Below are positions 18,634 through 28,885 of a stretch of 64,000 nucleotides of DNA, in pieces. The stretch's first letter is position 1; each line of letters begins with the position of its first letter. Where the stretch lies: NCBI GenBank assembly GCA_963841915.1, contig CAWJEN010000005.1:224001-288000 (forward strand), in the 5' to 3' direction. Made by a program: the position numbers and the translations under genes. The notes beneath the pieces were generated by a model. It was not told the origin of the DNA. It ran no database searches and was given only the letters and a program-made list of their open reading frames with translations. This DNA comes from an uncultured Planctomycetota bacterium. GTDB lineage: Bacteria > Planctomycetota > Phycisphaerae > Tepidisphaerales > Tepidisphaeraceae.

Positions 18634-20141
18634 CGCCGGACTGCAGGAGTCGGCTGCGCGGCGGCCGGCGGGCGGATCGCGAGCGCGCAGGCCGTGACGA
18701 CGTAAAGCCAGATCGCGTTGTCCGACTTGAAGAAGTTCGACACCGCCAGCGCCATGAAGTGGCCGATGGCCAGCGCGACCGTCGCCCGCAGGAGCAGCTT
18801 GTCGGCGGGCGTGGCAGGCCGAACCCGCGCGAGGGCTCTGCCGATCTGAAACAGGCCGAGCCCGAACATCAACGCGCCCGGCAGTCCAAGCGCGAAGGGG
18901 ATCTGGAGGAACCCGTTGTCGAAGGCGGTCACCTCGAGGTCGCCGCCCGTGAGACGCCCGGTCGAGGCGCCCGTCGAGCCAAGCCCATAGCCCTGAGGGC
19001 GCTGAAGGATCTCGCGCAGCGCGTATCCGGAGAAGTCGACCCGCCCGCGGAAACTGCCGTCGCTCTGCACGTCGCCCAACGTGCTCATGCGGTCGACCAT
19101 CTTGTCGCCCTGCGGGACGAGCGGCAGCGCCACGAGCATGCCGACCAGCAAAATGGCCATCGAGACGATGAGCCGGAGCTTCTCGCCGGGACGCGCGAGG
19201 ATCGCGAACACGACGAGGCAAAGTGCTGCGGTGAGCCAGGCTGACCTGACCATGGATGCGAGCGAGCAGACGGTCAGGAAGCCGCAGAGCGGCCAAAGAA
19301 TCGGCGGCCGCACAGGCCGGAACATCAGCAGCAGGGCGACAACGACGGCGCAGGTCTGTCCCATTGCCCCCGGCGCGCCGAAGGGCCCGAAAAAGCGCGA
19401 CTCGAACGGGACCGCGCGCCCGATCGAGCCCATGCCGGAGGCCTCAATCCAGAACGCCGACCAGGGCGGCATGACCGACCATTGAAACCATCCATAAGCC
19501 CCGGCTATCGCCGTCATGAGCGCGATGGAGACAAGCCATCGCTTCAGGACGTCCGAGGTGACGCCGAGGCGGAGCACGTAGACGAACAACGCGACGGGCG
19601 ATAGCCACCCCAACAGCTCAAACGCCGCACCCACGGCCCGGCCCGCGATGACGCCCATCAGCATCCCGTAGCCGAAGCTGGCGAGGATCAGCACGACGCC
19701 GAGGCGCGGTAGGCGGGGAAGGCGCCTCCAGTCCCGCAGCGAAAGAATCGCCAGCGAAACGGCCACCGCCGGAACGACCATCGACGTCGGCGGCAGCTGC
19801 GAAAACTCGCCGAAGCCCCAGTCCATCAATCGCCGGATCTCCCGGTTGAAGATCATGTAGCCGACGAGCAGCGGCACGACCGAGGTTGGCCGGTTCGCCG
19901 CGACGAAGAGCGCCGCCACGTACATCAGCGCCGCCACCACCGCGTCCAGCGGCCGTGCTACGTCAAGGACGATCCACCCCGCCACGCCGGCAAGAGCCAG
20001 CATCGAGAGGCCGCCGACAATCGAAAGGTCGGGTCGAAAGGATGCCGCCGCGGGCCGAAGCGTCCGATGTTGCCCCGGCGACGCCGGCCGGCGCACGCCG
20101 CGAAGCTGATGGCCCGTCAATGGAGTGGAAGCGTCCGTCAA
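18630..20141 (-). CDS. O-antigen ligase / Wzy_C-like multi-TM protein
   Basis: ~12 hydrophobic segments, RFFGPFGAP, SMVRSAW, DGSFRGR...PQGYGLG...DNGFLQ...LGLPG. Confidence 0.8.
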   Translation of the reverse strand: MTDASTPLTGHQLRGVRRPASPGQHRTLRPAAASFRPDLSIVGGLSMLALAGVAGWIVLDVARPLDAVVAALMYVAALFVAANRPTSVVPLLVGYMIFNREIRRLMDWGFGEFSQLPPTSMVVPAVAVSLAILSLRDWRRLPRLPRLGVVLILASFGYGMLMGVIAGRAVGAAFELLGWLSPVALFVYVLRLGVTSDVLKRWLVSIALMTAIAGAYGWFQWSVMPPWSAFWIEASGMGSIGRAVPFESRFFGPFGAPGAMGQTCAVVVALLLMFRPVRPPILWPLCGFLTVCSLASMVRSAWLTAALCLVVFAILARPGEKLRLIVSMAILLVGMLVALPLVPQGDKMVDRMSTLGDVQSDGSFRGRVDFSGYALREILQRPQGYGLGSTGASTGRLTGGDLEVTAFDNGFLQIPFALGLPGALMFGLGLFQIGRALARVRPATPADKLLLRATVALAIGHFMALAVSNFFKSDNAIWLYVVTACALAIRPPAAAQPTPAVRR

Positions 20142-21346
20142 GTCGCTGAGTTCCGAGATGGGATGGGTTGGCCGTCGAGGAAGATGCCGGCGGGGCCTCC
20201 TGCAACGATGTCGCGCACGGCAGACGCCATGCGGCGTCGGAACACGCCGATGTCGTAGCTAGCGGCGGTCTCGCGAGCCCGCCGACGCATCGCTTCGACC
20301 TCGGCACCGCCGGGGAGCAGCTTCGACAATTGTCGAGCCAGCATGTCGGCGTCGCCGAACGGCGCGAGCATCCCATCGACGCCGTCCGTCACCGTGTACC
20401 TCGGCCCGCCGCTGTTCGCCGCAACGATTGGCTTGCCCAGCGCCATGGCTTCGATCACGACGATGCCGAACGGCTCGAGACGACTCGCGTGCACGAGCAC
20501 ATCGCACGCCTGCATGTATCGCGGCACATCGCCGTGCGGCACCGCCCCGGTGAAGGTCACGGCATCCGCGATGCCCGCCTTCTTCGCCATCGCCCGAAGT
20601 TCGTCGAGGTGGCCCGGCTCCGAGCCGTGCGGCCCGCCGACGACGACCAGCCGAGCTGCCGGATGGTCCCGTCGAACCTGCGGGAGTGCCTTCACCACCG
20701 TTGCGATTCCCTTCCAGGCCTGCAGCCGCCCGACGATCCCGATCAGCGGTCCGTCCGCCGGCAGGCCGAGTCCTCGCCGGCAGTCGCCCGGCGACGGCAG
20801 GCGATCCGGGTCGAACCGGCCGACGTCGACGCCGGACGGCACGACGTGGATCGGCCGCTTCGGTGACATCTCCGCTTGCAGCTTCGCGGTGTAGACGCTG
20901 TTGGCCAGAATGCCGCGACACGGCAGGGCGGCCGTCCACCGCGTCGTCCGGCGATCGGGCAGAGCTCGGTCCTTCTGGAACCAGGCCGTCGGCACGCCCG
21001 CCAGCACGCCCGCCGGCAGCCCCCACCAATGGCTGTGCGGCATCCAGCTCAGCACCAGATCGGCTCTCTGTCGCCGGCAGAACCGACGCAGCCTCGCGAT
21101 GCCGCTCGCATAGCGACCGACTTGCCGGATGCGAGCCTCGCCGAGCAGCTGGATGGGCAATCCCGCCCCGCGCGCCGCCGCGGAGACGTCGCCCTCCCGC
21201 GGCACGGCGAGCGACCACGACACGCCGTCGACATCCCTGCCGGCCAGCAGGTGCATGAGCGAGAGCTCGGCTCCGCCGGCCTGGTCGCTGAAAGGGCTGA
21301 CGAGGACGCAGTGCAGCGTGGCGGGCGGCCTCAGATCCAGATCCAC
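20138..21346 (-). CDS. GT4 glycosyltransferase
   Basis: AGGAELSL, VGRLQAWKG, EPFGIVVIEAMALG; GTG 21346 probable start. Confidence 0.9.
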   Translation of the reverse strand: MDLDLRPPATLHCVLVSPFSDQAGGAELSLMHLLAGRDVDGVSWSLAVPREGDVSAAARGAGLPIQLLGEARIRQVGRYASGIARLRRFCRRQRADLVLSWMPHSHWWGLPAGVLAGVPTAWFQKDRALPDRRTTRWTAALPCRGILANSVYTAKLQAEMSPKRPIHVVPSGVDVGRFDPDRLPSPGDCRRGLGLPADGPLIGIVGRLQAWKGIATVVKALPQVRRDHPAARLVVVGGPHGSEPGHLDELRAMAKKAGIADAVTFTGAVPHGDVPRYMQACDVLVHASRLEPFGIVVIEAMALGKPIVAANSGGPRYTVTDGVDGMLAPFGDADMLARQLSKLLPGGAEVEAMRRRARETAASYDIGVFRRRMASAVRDIVAGGPAGIFLDGQPIPSRNSAT

Positions 21347-22110
21347 GGGGCGAATGAGCGGGTCACCCGCCGGATGGCCGCCTTGCGACGCAGGCGAGGG
21401 TCCGAGAGATCGTTGTCGAATTGCCCGCCGCGACCAAGCCATTCCGGTTCGATCCTGAACCGTGGCCGGGTTCCCAGCCACTCCGGGTCCTGCCGGTCTC
21501 GCGAGGCGAACAGCTCTTCCTCCGGTGCGGCACCGCTGAGACGGTCCTCTCGGAGGACCTCAAGTCGACCGCGGAAGATGGCGTCGTAGCCCCCGATCGT
21601 CGCCGCCCAGGCTCGCAGGTCGAGCCACGGCTTTCGGTAGCGGCGAAAGTCGCCCAGGAAGGGAACGCCGTCGGGGAGCGTCCGATCAAGCTTGGCGAGG
21701 TTGGTGCAGCGGAGGCGTCCGGTCACCTTCCAGAACGGCCTGTCGTCGCGGCGAAGCAGGCCCTCCTGCAGCAGGTCGTCGATCGCCTTGTTCATCAGGC
21801 GAAACTCCCCGAATGCCTTGCCGTACTCGGGCGGGTGGTCGTTGGCCTGAAACGACTTGATGCGTATGGCCTTGCCGCAACCTCTGGCTTCTGCCTCCGC
21901 CGCCACCTCGCGCAGCGGGCCCACATCGCCGGCCGAGTTGTCGGCGAAGACGACGCGGTCGAACTGCTCGTCGGGTAGCGAGAGGTAGAAGCGGAGAGCC
22001 TCGACGTAGTCGGCCGTCCTCGCCGCTGGATCCCGCCGCTTCAGGTGCGTCGCCCCCGGGGGTGGCGCGACGGTCGCCGTCATCAGGATGAGTCTCGGAG
22101 ACCGGTTCAT
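21331..22110 (-). CDS. Hypothetical protein of polysaccharide clusters (possible GT-A-like)
   Basis: 259 aa, coupled to neighbours; LMTATV, VVFADNS, YGKAFGE, WKVTGRL. Confidence 0.7.
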   Translation of the reverse strand: MNRSPRLILMTATVAPPPGATHLKRRDPAARTADYVEALRFYLSLPDEQFDRVVFADNSAGDVGPLREVAAEAEARGCGKAIRIKSFQANDHPPEYGKAFGEFRLMNKAIDDLLQEGLLRRDDRPFWKVTGRLRCTNLAKLDRTLPDGVPFLGDFRRYRKPWLDLRAWAATIGGYDAIFRGRLEVLREDRLSGAAPEEELFASRDRQDPEWLGTRPRFRIEPEWLGRGGQFDNDLSDPRLRRKAAIRRVTRSFAPWIWI

Positions 22111-23141
22111 CGCGCGACTAATGACGTACCTCGAAGTAAGTTGCCATGCTCACTCAAGTCGCTCCACCGCCGCCCGACGCACGATGCTGCCCCCGCGTGC
22201 GGTCGATCGTCGACTGCACGCCTGAGCTCGACGGCCAACCGCCGACCGGCCCTTGCCGCAGCAAAGCGACGGCGCGTCCCATCGACGCCCAGCGTCGGCC
22301 AAAGGCGCGGCAACATCAGCAGCCCCGGGTAGCGCTTCGTCCCGACAAGGAACGCCCAGAGGTGAAACAGTGCGTGCCGCGACGGCGGCAGTTCCTCGAG
22401 GACGCACAGGCTCGTGTTGAAGCTTGCCTCGGCCGTCTGCTCCGGGTTCATCCCGTGCCGCGCGTCGCCGCTCGGCCGTGAACCGGGGTAGTGATCGATC
22501 ACGAGCGACGGGTCGTAAAGCAGCCGGCCGCCCCGGCGGCGGATGCCGCAGCAGAGGCTCACCTCGTTGCAGACCTGGGCACCGGTGCCGAGCAGGCGCG
22601 GGTCGAAGTTCACCTCGCGAAGCTTGTCGAGCCGGAACGCCATGTTCACGCCCTTGAGGTGGTCGACGAACCGCGGCGGCCCGGCCCCGAGGTGGTGGTT
22701 CCCCGTGAGACGCCCGAAGCGGCTGATGAGCCCGACGCGGCGGCGCTCGCCCTCCAGCACGGCCCCGTCCTCCGTCACGCGGTCGCGGCCGCCGAAGCCG
22801 GTGAGCGTCGGGTCGGCCTGAAACTGCGCCTCGATCCGTTGGACCCAGTCGGGCCTTGGCACCGCATCGTCGTCGGTGAAGACGATGATGTCAGCGCCCG
22901 TCTCGGTGGCCTCTTCGACGCCGCGTTGCAGCGCGTGGACAAGGCCGACCTCGGTCGCGAACGCCTCGCGGATCGGCAGCCGATCGCGATAGTCGACGGT
23001 CACCCGACGCGACGGCGCGTCATCCGCCCGGACGACGACCACGACGACGTCCGCCGGCCGCTCCTGCCGGACGAGTCCGTCGAGGCACTTGGGCAGCTCG
23101 AGGACGCGGTTGTAGCTCGGAACAACGACGGCGACCTTCAT
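22107..23141 (-). CDS. GT2 glycosyltransferase
   Basis: MKVAVVVPSYNR, IVFTDDDAVP, GVNMAFR. Confidence 0.92.
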   Translation of the reverse strand: MKVAVVVPSYNRVLELPKCLDGLVRQERPADVVVVVVRADDAPSRRVTVDYRDRLPIREAFATEVGLVHALQRGVEEATETGADIIVFTDDDAVPRPDWVQRIEAQFQADPTLTGFGGRDRVTEDGAVLEGERRRVGLISRFGRLTGNHHLGAGPPRFVDHLKGVNMAFRLDKLREVNFDPRLLGTGAQVCNEVSLCCGIRRRGGRLLYDPSLVIDHYPGSRPSGDARHGMNPEQTAEASFNTSLCVLEELPPSRHALFHLWAFLVGTKRYPGLLMLPRLWPTLGVDGTRRRFAAARAGRRLAVELRRAVDDRPHAGAASCVGRRWSDLSEHGNLLRGTSLVAR

Positions 23142-23163
23142 GCCAACTCTAGGATGGAAAGCA

Positions 23164-24117
23164 TTAATGAGACGAGGCGTCGAGACGCTGGTGATGCCGG
23201 CCGATTCGAGCCGGCAAAGCAAGCCGGACCGCGTCCCGCAATCCCTTTGGGGAAAGACGATTGCGCCAGCCGTAGGCACTCGACCAAAACACGGCGTTGG
23301 CTCGCCTGCGATTGCCGCTCTGGATGAAGGACGTCACGACACGAGTTGCAAGTCTCTTCAGCGCGACACGCCTCGCCCACTCCGCTTCCGCCGGAACGTC
23401 GAGCCCTTCGACAACGTCGTAGAGGTAGGTCGGCTGGCCCTGTCGCCCGATGCCGTCCGGCGACCGGCGGTATTCGGTGATGTAGTCGTCGACGAACCGG
23501 AAGTGTGCTCCGGCAGCCGCGAGCCGGAGCCCGAAGTCGAAGTCGCACCAGCGGTCCGTCTTGAACTCCAATCGATCGCGGTACCGGACCCGTCGAGCGA
23601 GGTCCGATCGGATGAGATAGCCGTTGTTTGGGAATTGGCCGACGAGAGCCGATTGCCACGCCGACAGCTGTCGCTCAACGCACTGAGCGGTCTTGAAGTA
23701 GTCGCGGTTGAGCCCCTCGGAAGCAGTATAGTTCCTACTTCCATCGTATTCGATCCGGAACAGCTTCCCGAACACCACGTCATCGGTCGCTCGCCATCCA
23801 GTCGCGAGCGCCGCAAGTGCGGTCGGTGAGGCAAAACGGTCATCATCGTGCAGCAGCGCGAGCCGCTCGCCGTTTGCAAGATCGAAGCCGAGATTGACGT
23901 TGCCCGCCTGTCGGAGCGGCGGAGTGTTGCGTTGATAGACCAGGGTGACGCCGTCGCACCAATGTAGCGACCGAAGCATCCGCTCGCTCTCATCGTCGTT
24001 CGAGTCATCGACGACGACGATCTCGATTGGCCCGTACTCTTGGGCAAATACTGACGCGACAGCCTCGGCCAGCAACGTCGGCCGTCGGTAGGTCGGGATG
24101 ACGATCGAGATAAGCAC
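23164..24117 (-). CDS. GT2 glycosyltransferase
   Basis: ISIVIPTYRR, IVVVDDS, LLHDDD, DFDFGLR. Confidence 0.9.
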   Translation of the reverse strand: MLISIVIPTYRRPTLLAEAVASVFAQEYGPIEIVVVDDSNDDESERMLRSLHWCDGVTLVYQRNTPPLRQAGNVNLGFDLANGERLALLHDDDRFASPTALAALATGWRATDDVVFGKLFRIEYDGSRNYTASEGLNRDYFKTAQCVERQLSAWQSALVGQFPNNGYLIRSDLARRVRYRDRLEFKTDRWCDFDFGLRLAAAGAHFRFVDDYITEYRRSPDGIGRQGQPTYLYDVVEGLDVPAEAEWARRVALKRLATRVVTSFIQSGNRRRANAVFWSSAYGWRNRLSPKGLRDAVRLALPARIGRHHQRLDASSH

Positions 24118-24128
24118 TCCGTGATCCG

Positions 24129-25121
24129 CTAGCTCTTGACTCGCTTCAGCCGGCTCCCGACCACTGACCCCGCGGCCCGTAGCACGTTTGCGATGTACCA
24201 ACTTAATACCCAGAAGGCGTATTCTTGGTACGAGAACCACTCTGACCGGCGCAACGTCTCACGATATGGCTTGGCGAAGGCGTGGGTTAACGACGTGTTG
24301 CCCCACGGCTTGTGCCGCCCACAGAAGTGGATGATTGCCTCCACTGGGGATGCCGGTGCCTGAGCAGTAGGTCGGAGATCCTCGATCAACCGTCGCACCA
24401 CGGGATCTGGCATCCGCGCGACCCCATGCCCCGGGGCTGCGACGGCGTTCCAACGCGGAGGAAGCGGGAGAATCCTATCGGCGAAGATCGCGTTGATTGC
24501 ATCCTGATCCGCGTTGCGGAGTGAGTTACAGTGATGCTTGATGAACTGCATGGCTCTTCGACTCGCCCCCTCGCAACGCCACGCATCAAGGTCCAAGACA
24601 AGCACGCCAGCATTGAATAACAATGCATCGGGTGACAATTCTTCATCGGCAACACAGTATTGCAGAGCGCGAGCATCGCCCAGCCGCTCGCCCCACAGGC
24701 TGGGTACGGCCGCGACTGGGCAGCCTTGAAGGTCGATTGACGCGAGCTCAGAGACGTCAGCTCTAACAAGCAAATCCGCGTCAAGGTAAACGACTTTTTG
24801 AACTTCCGGCAGCACCGATGGAAGAAGGAGGCGAAGGTACGTTGCAATGCCAAGATGGCGTATCAAAGGCAGATGAGCGACGTCGCTTTCATCGACCCGA
24901 TGAACGTGTATCGAATGCCTTCTGCCGGCGTCCGACCTTTTCGCGACGACGCGGTCAAGACGTGATCTCGTTGCCGTACTAAGCCCAACGGTCATGACAT
25001 GCAACGTCGCCTGCACGTCGGCGGCAAGATGATCCAGCACGCCTGCGATGGTGACCCCGAGCGGCATCGCCATCTTTTGGTCTACGGCGAAGGCTACGTG
25101 GCAAGTTGCTCGGTCGCTCAT
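24129..25121 (-). CDS. GT8 glycosyltransferase
   Basis: TYLRLLLP, VYLDADL, FNAGVLVLD, DQDAIN, IIHFCGRHKPW. Confidence 0.93.
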   Translation of the reverse strand: MSDRATCHVAFAVDQKMAMPLGVTIAGVLDHLAADVQATLHVMTVGLSTATRSRLDRVVAKRSDAGRRHSIHVHRVDESDVAHLPLIRHLGIATYLRLLLPSVLPEVQKVVYLDADLLVRADVSELASIDLQGCPVAAVPSLWGERLGDARALQYCVADEELSPDALLFNAGVLVLDLDAWRCEGASRRAMQFIKHHCNSLRNADQDAINAIFADRILPLPPRWNAVAAPGHGVARMPDPVVRRLIEDLRPTAQAPASPVEAIIHFCGRHKPWGNTSLTHAFAKPYRETLRRSEWFSYQEYAFWVLSWYIANVLRAAGSVVGSRLKRVKS

Positions 25122-26041
25122 CGCCATCCCAGCCAGCGAAGGAACGGGAACGCCGCAGCCGAAAGGTCGAGTCGGAGTCGTGTCAAGATGCCCGCGTAGC
25201 CGCTGCGATGAAGGTGGTGCAACCACGGCCGCCTTAGCGTGTGACGCACCCCGCTATTCCACGGCTTGTGTCCGCCGCAGAGGTGGTAGATTGCCGGCCC
25301 CGCCATATTTCGGTCGGCGAGTGGTTGCAGTTCTACAGACGGCGGCTCCCGCTCAGCCGTCGGCCCGACCAGTCGGCTGATCGGAACGTTCCACCGTGCC
25401 GGCAGTTCCGCCCATTTCCCAGCCATGACGTAGTTCAACGCGTCCTGATCGGCCCACACCAAAGAACTTGCATGCCGGCGAACGAAATCGAGGGAACGCT
25501 CCGTCAACGACTCGGCCTGCCATTGCCCCCGGTCTATCACAAGTACACCGGCGTTGAACGCCGGGGCGTCCGGGGCGGAAAGCTCCTCCCGGCAGTAATG
25601 AAGACACCGATCGCTAGCAAGGGTGCCAAGGCCGACGTCTCGGACGGCGGCAAGCGGATGTCCATTCAGGTCGTGATCGTGCAGCTCTCCGACGTCCAGA
25701 TTGATCACCAAGTCAGCATCGAGGTAGATTAGAGGACCAGGCCCCGAAATCAGGTTCGGGAGGAACAGGCGAGTGTAACTAATCGGCGGGATGTGGGCGA
25801 CGGCGGGTAACCCGCGCAGCTCATCGACTGGAATTTGCTGAGGTCGAAGCCACGTTTTCCTCCGACGTGCGACCAGTCGAGTCAATCGATCGATCAGGCG
25901 AGCCGGCAATTGGTCGTGAAGAAGATGGACCGTGACATTCGAATCGGATGTGAGGTGCCGGACCAGCCCATCTAGCGCAACTGCAAGGCTGAGCACGCAC
26001 CGACGGTCAGCGACGAACACGACCTCAATCTCAGCCGACAC
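25118..26041 (-). CDS. GT8 glycosyltransferase (paralog of neighbour)
   Basis: SYTRLFLP, IYLDADL, FNAGVLVID, DQDALN, YHLCGGHKPW. Confidence 0.93.
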   Translation of the reverse strand: MSAEIEVVFVADRRCVLSLAVALDGLVRHLTSDSNVTVHLLHDQLPARLIDRLTRLVARRRKTWLRPQQIPVDELRGLPAVAHIPPISYTRLFLPNLISGPGPLIYLDADLVINLDVGELHDHDLNGHPLAAVRDVGLGTLASDRCLHYCREELSAPDAPAFNAGVLVIDRGQWQAESLTERSLDFVRRHASSLVWADQDALNYVMAGKWAELPARWNVPISRLVGPTAEREPPSVELQPLADRNMAGPAIYHLCGGHKPWNSGVRHTLRRPWLHHLHRSGYAGILTRLRLDLSAAAFPFLRWLGWR

Positions 26042-26086
26042 CGGACTCCATCCGTCGACCAGTCGCCGAGTCGAGCGATAAGCGGC

Positions 26087-27016
26087 TCAAGGTTCGAGTA
26101 CCCGCAGCCCGACGCCGATTGTTTTCAGGATGGTCGGCCTGCATAGCGATAGAGCGTCGATGCGGACGGCGCGGCTCAAGTGTCGCCAGAACCCGGCGTA
26201 GTCACCCGACGCAGCGGCGGCTCGCGCTGCATTGTGAGCCCGCTGGGAATAGTGGCCGCGCGCGCTACGCCAAACCCTCCACCATTGACGCACCCTAGCC
26301 AGCGACTGCGGCCACCGCCCCACATGCTTGCTTGCAAGCCGAGCACGCCCGAGCCACATAGGCCAGTAGCTGTTCGAGGCATTTCCGGCGTGGACGCGGT
26401 ACTTCAACGCGACTCGGCCATCGCCGACGGCGGCTTGATGTTGAAGGAGCCGAAGGTTCAAGTCCCAGTCGTCGCTACCTCGAATCGACTCGTCCCAACC
26501 GCCGATGTCCCGAACCGCTGACGCCCGTAGAAGCGTCTGCCCTGGCGACCGGATGAGCCAGTGCTCGAGCATCGCGTTATAGAACTGCCCGCTGCGCGGC
26601 TTGATCGGGTCTGATTCCGTACGTCCGTCTGGGTGGAACATTATGTGCGCGCCGTATACGAAGGCGGCTTCGGGATGGCACTCGAGTAACGGCACCTGCC
26701 ACGCCAGCTTGTCGGGTGGCCAGAGGTCGTCATCGTCGAGGTAGGCTAAGAATTCGCCCTGCGCCAGCCGGAGCCCATGGTTCCTCGCCGAGGCTTGCCC
26801 GCCGTTCGATTGTTCGACATAGCGAATGCAGGCATTGGACCGAATAAGCGGTCGCAAGACGTCTGCCGTGTTGTCCGGGCTGCCGTCGTTGACAATGATG
26901 AGCTCGAAGTCCCGGAAAGTCTGCGCGAGCACCGATGCGATCGTCTCGCCGACGTACGCAGCGTGGCGGTAGGTGGGGATGATGACGGACACCCTCGGCT
27001 GGTCGCTCAGCGACAT
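26087..27016 (-). CDS. GT2 glycosyltransferase
   Basis: VSVIIPTY, VNDGSPD, YLDDDD, DDWDLNLR. Confidence 0.93.
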   Translation of the reverse strand: MSLSDQPRVSVIIPTYRHAAYVGETIASVLAQTFRDFELIIVNDGSPDNTADVLRPLIRSNACIRYVEQSNGGQASARNHGLRLAQGEFLAYLDDDDLWPPDKLAWQVPLLECHPEAAFVYGAHIMFHPDGRTESDPIKPRSGQFYNAMLEHWLIRSPGQTLLRASAVRDIGGWDESIRGSDDWDLNLRLLQHQAAVGDGRVALKYRVHAGNASNSYWPMWLGRARLASKHVGRWPQSLARVRQWWRVWRSARGHYSQRAHNAARAAAASGDYAGFWRHLSRAVRIDALSLCRPTILKTIGVGLRVLEP

Positions 27017-27951
27017 CTTGGAATCTCGCTTTCAGCCACCGGACGGGCTCGCCCGCCCAACATCCGCCGACCGATGCCGAGGAACAGATCTCGCGCCTGC
27101 GAGTCCCGCGGCACCCTCAGGGCCAGCGGCAACAAGTGCTTCAACGCCGTCAGCGGATGACGGTTTCGAAAAGCGTGGCGGACGAGGCTCGCTTCCCCCT
27201 GCGTCTGCGTGCCGGGCGTCGCCAGGGGAATTCTCGGCACGGCGACGCCTCGGCGGGCCGATGCGTTCTCTAGCGCCCGTTGCATCGCCTCGGTTCCCTC
27301 CCGGCTACGAGCGGTGGACACGTTCCCGCCATGGCAGCGGTAACGCAGTACAAGGTCCGGCACGTTTGCAAGCCGACACACCTCGGCTGCGCGAAGCCAC
27401 AGATCGTAATCTTCCGCCGGCTCCATTGCTGGGTTGTACCCAAGGTCACGAAGCACGTGCGTCCTAAACATGGCGGCCGGGTGGATGATCTGTCCTGCTT
27501 CCCCCGCCATATGGCGCGAGTCGATCTCATCATGGGCTAGCGGGACCGACCACGGTCGAATCTTCCAGCCACCTGCATCGATGCGAAAGCCCTGTCCGCC
27601 CACGACGCCGAGCCGCGGGTCCGCTTCGAGCGCCGTGACCTGCGTAGCCAGACGACGCGGCAGAGACACGTCATCCGCGTCCATCCTCGCGATGTACCGT
27701 CCGCGTGCCTCGAAGACTCCGCGGGCAAGTAGATTGACGTAGCCCGTCTTTGCCGCCTCGATCAGCCGCAGCCGGGGATCGCGCTGTGCGAGCTTACGAA
27801 GGATCTCTCGAGTTCCGTCCGTTGAGGCATCGTCGTAGACCAGAAGCTCGAGATCATCGTATGTCTGCCGAAGCACACTGCGAACGGCTGCCCGGATGTA
27901 GCCGCAAGCATTGTGGGCCGGCATGAGGACAGTTACGTGTGGCGTCTTCAC
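27007..27951 (-). CDS. GT2 glycosyltransferase
   Basis: VTVLMPAHN, DDASTD, ARMDADD, EDYDLWLR. Confidence 0.93.
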   Translation of the reverse strand: MKTPHVTVLMPAHNACGYIRAAVRSVLRQTYDDLELLVYDDASTDGTREILRKLAQRDPRLRLIEAAKTGYVNLLARGVFEARGRYIARMDADDVSLPRRLATQVTALEADPRLGVVGGQGFRIDAGGWKIRPWSVPLAHDEIDSRHMAGEAGQIIHPAAMFRTHVLRDLGYNPAMEPAEDYDLWLRAAEVCRLANVPDLVLRYRCHGGNVSTARSREGTEAMQRALENASARRGVAVPRIPLATPGTQTQGEASLVRHAFRNRHPLTALKHLLPLALRVPRDSQARDLFLGIGRRMLGGRARPVAESEIPRCR

Positions 27952-27964
27952 GACCCTGACAGAG

Positions 27965-28885
27965 CTAGTGCCCGCGCATCAAGTAGGCGAAAGCCTTCCA
28001 GGATCGGAACGAGAATGGGTGACTTCGGACAGCATCGAGAATTGCCGGTACGGCAGCAACTCTCCCTCGGTCCTGAAGAATCCTGCGAAAGCGTCGTCGA
28101 TGTCTCATGATGGGGTCAACACGCCGGTGTGAGAGCACCGACGGCTTGTAACGGGTTCCACGACGCCGATGAGCTTCGGCGAGCATCGCGTGCATGTCCT
28201 GCGTCTGCCGCTCTGACTGCGCCTGATTCGTCTGATCCGGATGCATGCGATAGTACAGCAGCACCTCCGGTAGGTTCGCCAGCCGGCCGCGCTCGGAGAG
28301 GCGCAGGTACAGGTCAAGGTCCTGCGCCGTGCGGTATCGCTCGTCGTACCCGCCTAGTGCCAACAGGTCGTTACGCCTCGCCATCATACTTGGGTGGCGA
28401 ATTGCTCCGCCGTTACCGCGAAAGAGGTCACTGACGATCATGTCGTGCCGCAATGGCGTGTACTCCAACGCGAGCAGTTCACCCCCCGGATCGATTGCGA
28501 TCGAACCTGTGCCGAGACAGACGCAATCAGTATTACTCGGGTCGTCGAGGTACGACACCTGCCGCAGGAATCGTTCTGGGCGGCAGATGTCGTCGCCATC
28601 AATTCTTGCAACCATGCGGCCTCGGGCTTCGGCGAGAAGTTTGTTGAGGCTCGCCGTCAGACCACGGTTGCCGCCGTCAGGTCGGTGGACAATGCGAATG
28701 CGTTCGTCGCGTTTCGCGTAATCGCTGAAAACTTGACCACTGCCGTCCGACGAACCATCGTCGAGCACGAGAAACTCGAAGTCGTGGAACGTCTGGCCGA
28801 GGACGCTCTCGATTGCTTGAGCGAGGTAGGGCTGGCCGTTGTGCACGGCCATCAACACCGAGACCGTCGGCACATGTTCGCTCAT
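27965..28885 (-). CDS. GT2 glycosyltransferase
   Basis: VSVLMAVHN, DDGSSD, ARIDGDD, QDLDLYLR; ATGA overlap. Confidence 0.93.
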   Translation of the reverse strand: MSEHVPTVSVLMAVHNGQPYLAQAIESVLGQTFHDFEFLVLDDGSSDGSGQVFSDYAKRDERIRIVHRPDGGNRGLTASLNKLLAEARGRMVARIDGDDICRPERFLRQVSYLDDPSNTDCVCLGTGSIAIDPGGELLALEYTPLRHDMIVSDLFRGNGGAIRHPSMMARRNDLLALGGYDERYRTAQDLDLYLRLSERGRLANLPEVLLYYRMHPDQTNQAQSERQTQDMHAMLAEAHRRRGTRYKPSVLSHRRVDPIMRHRRRFRRILQDRGRVAAVPAILDAVRSHPFSFRSWKAFAYLMRGH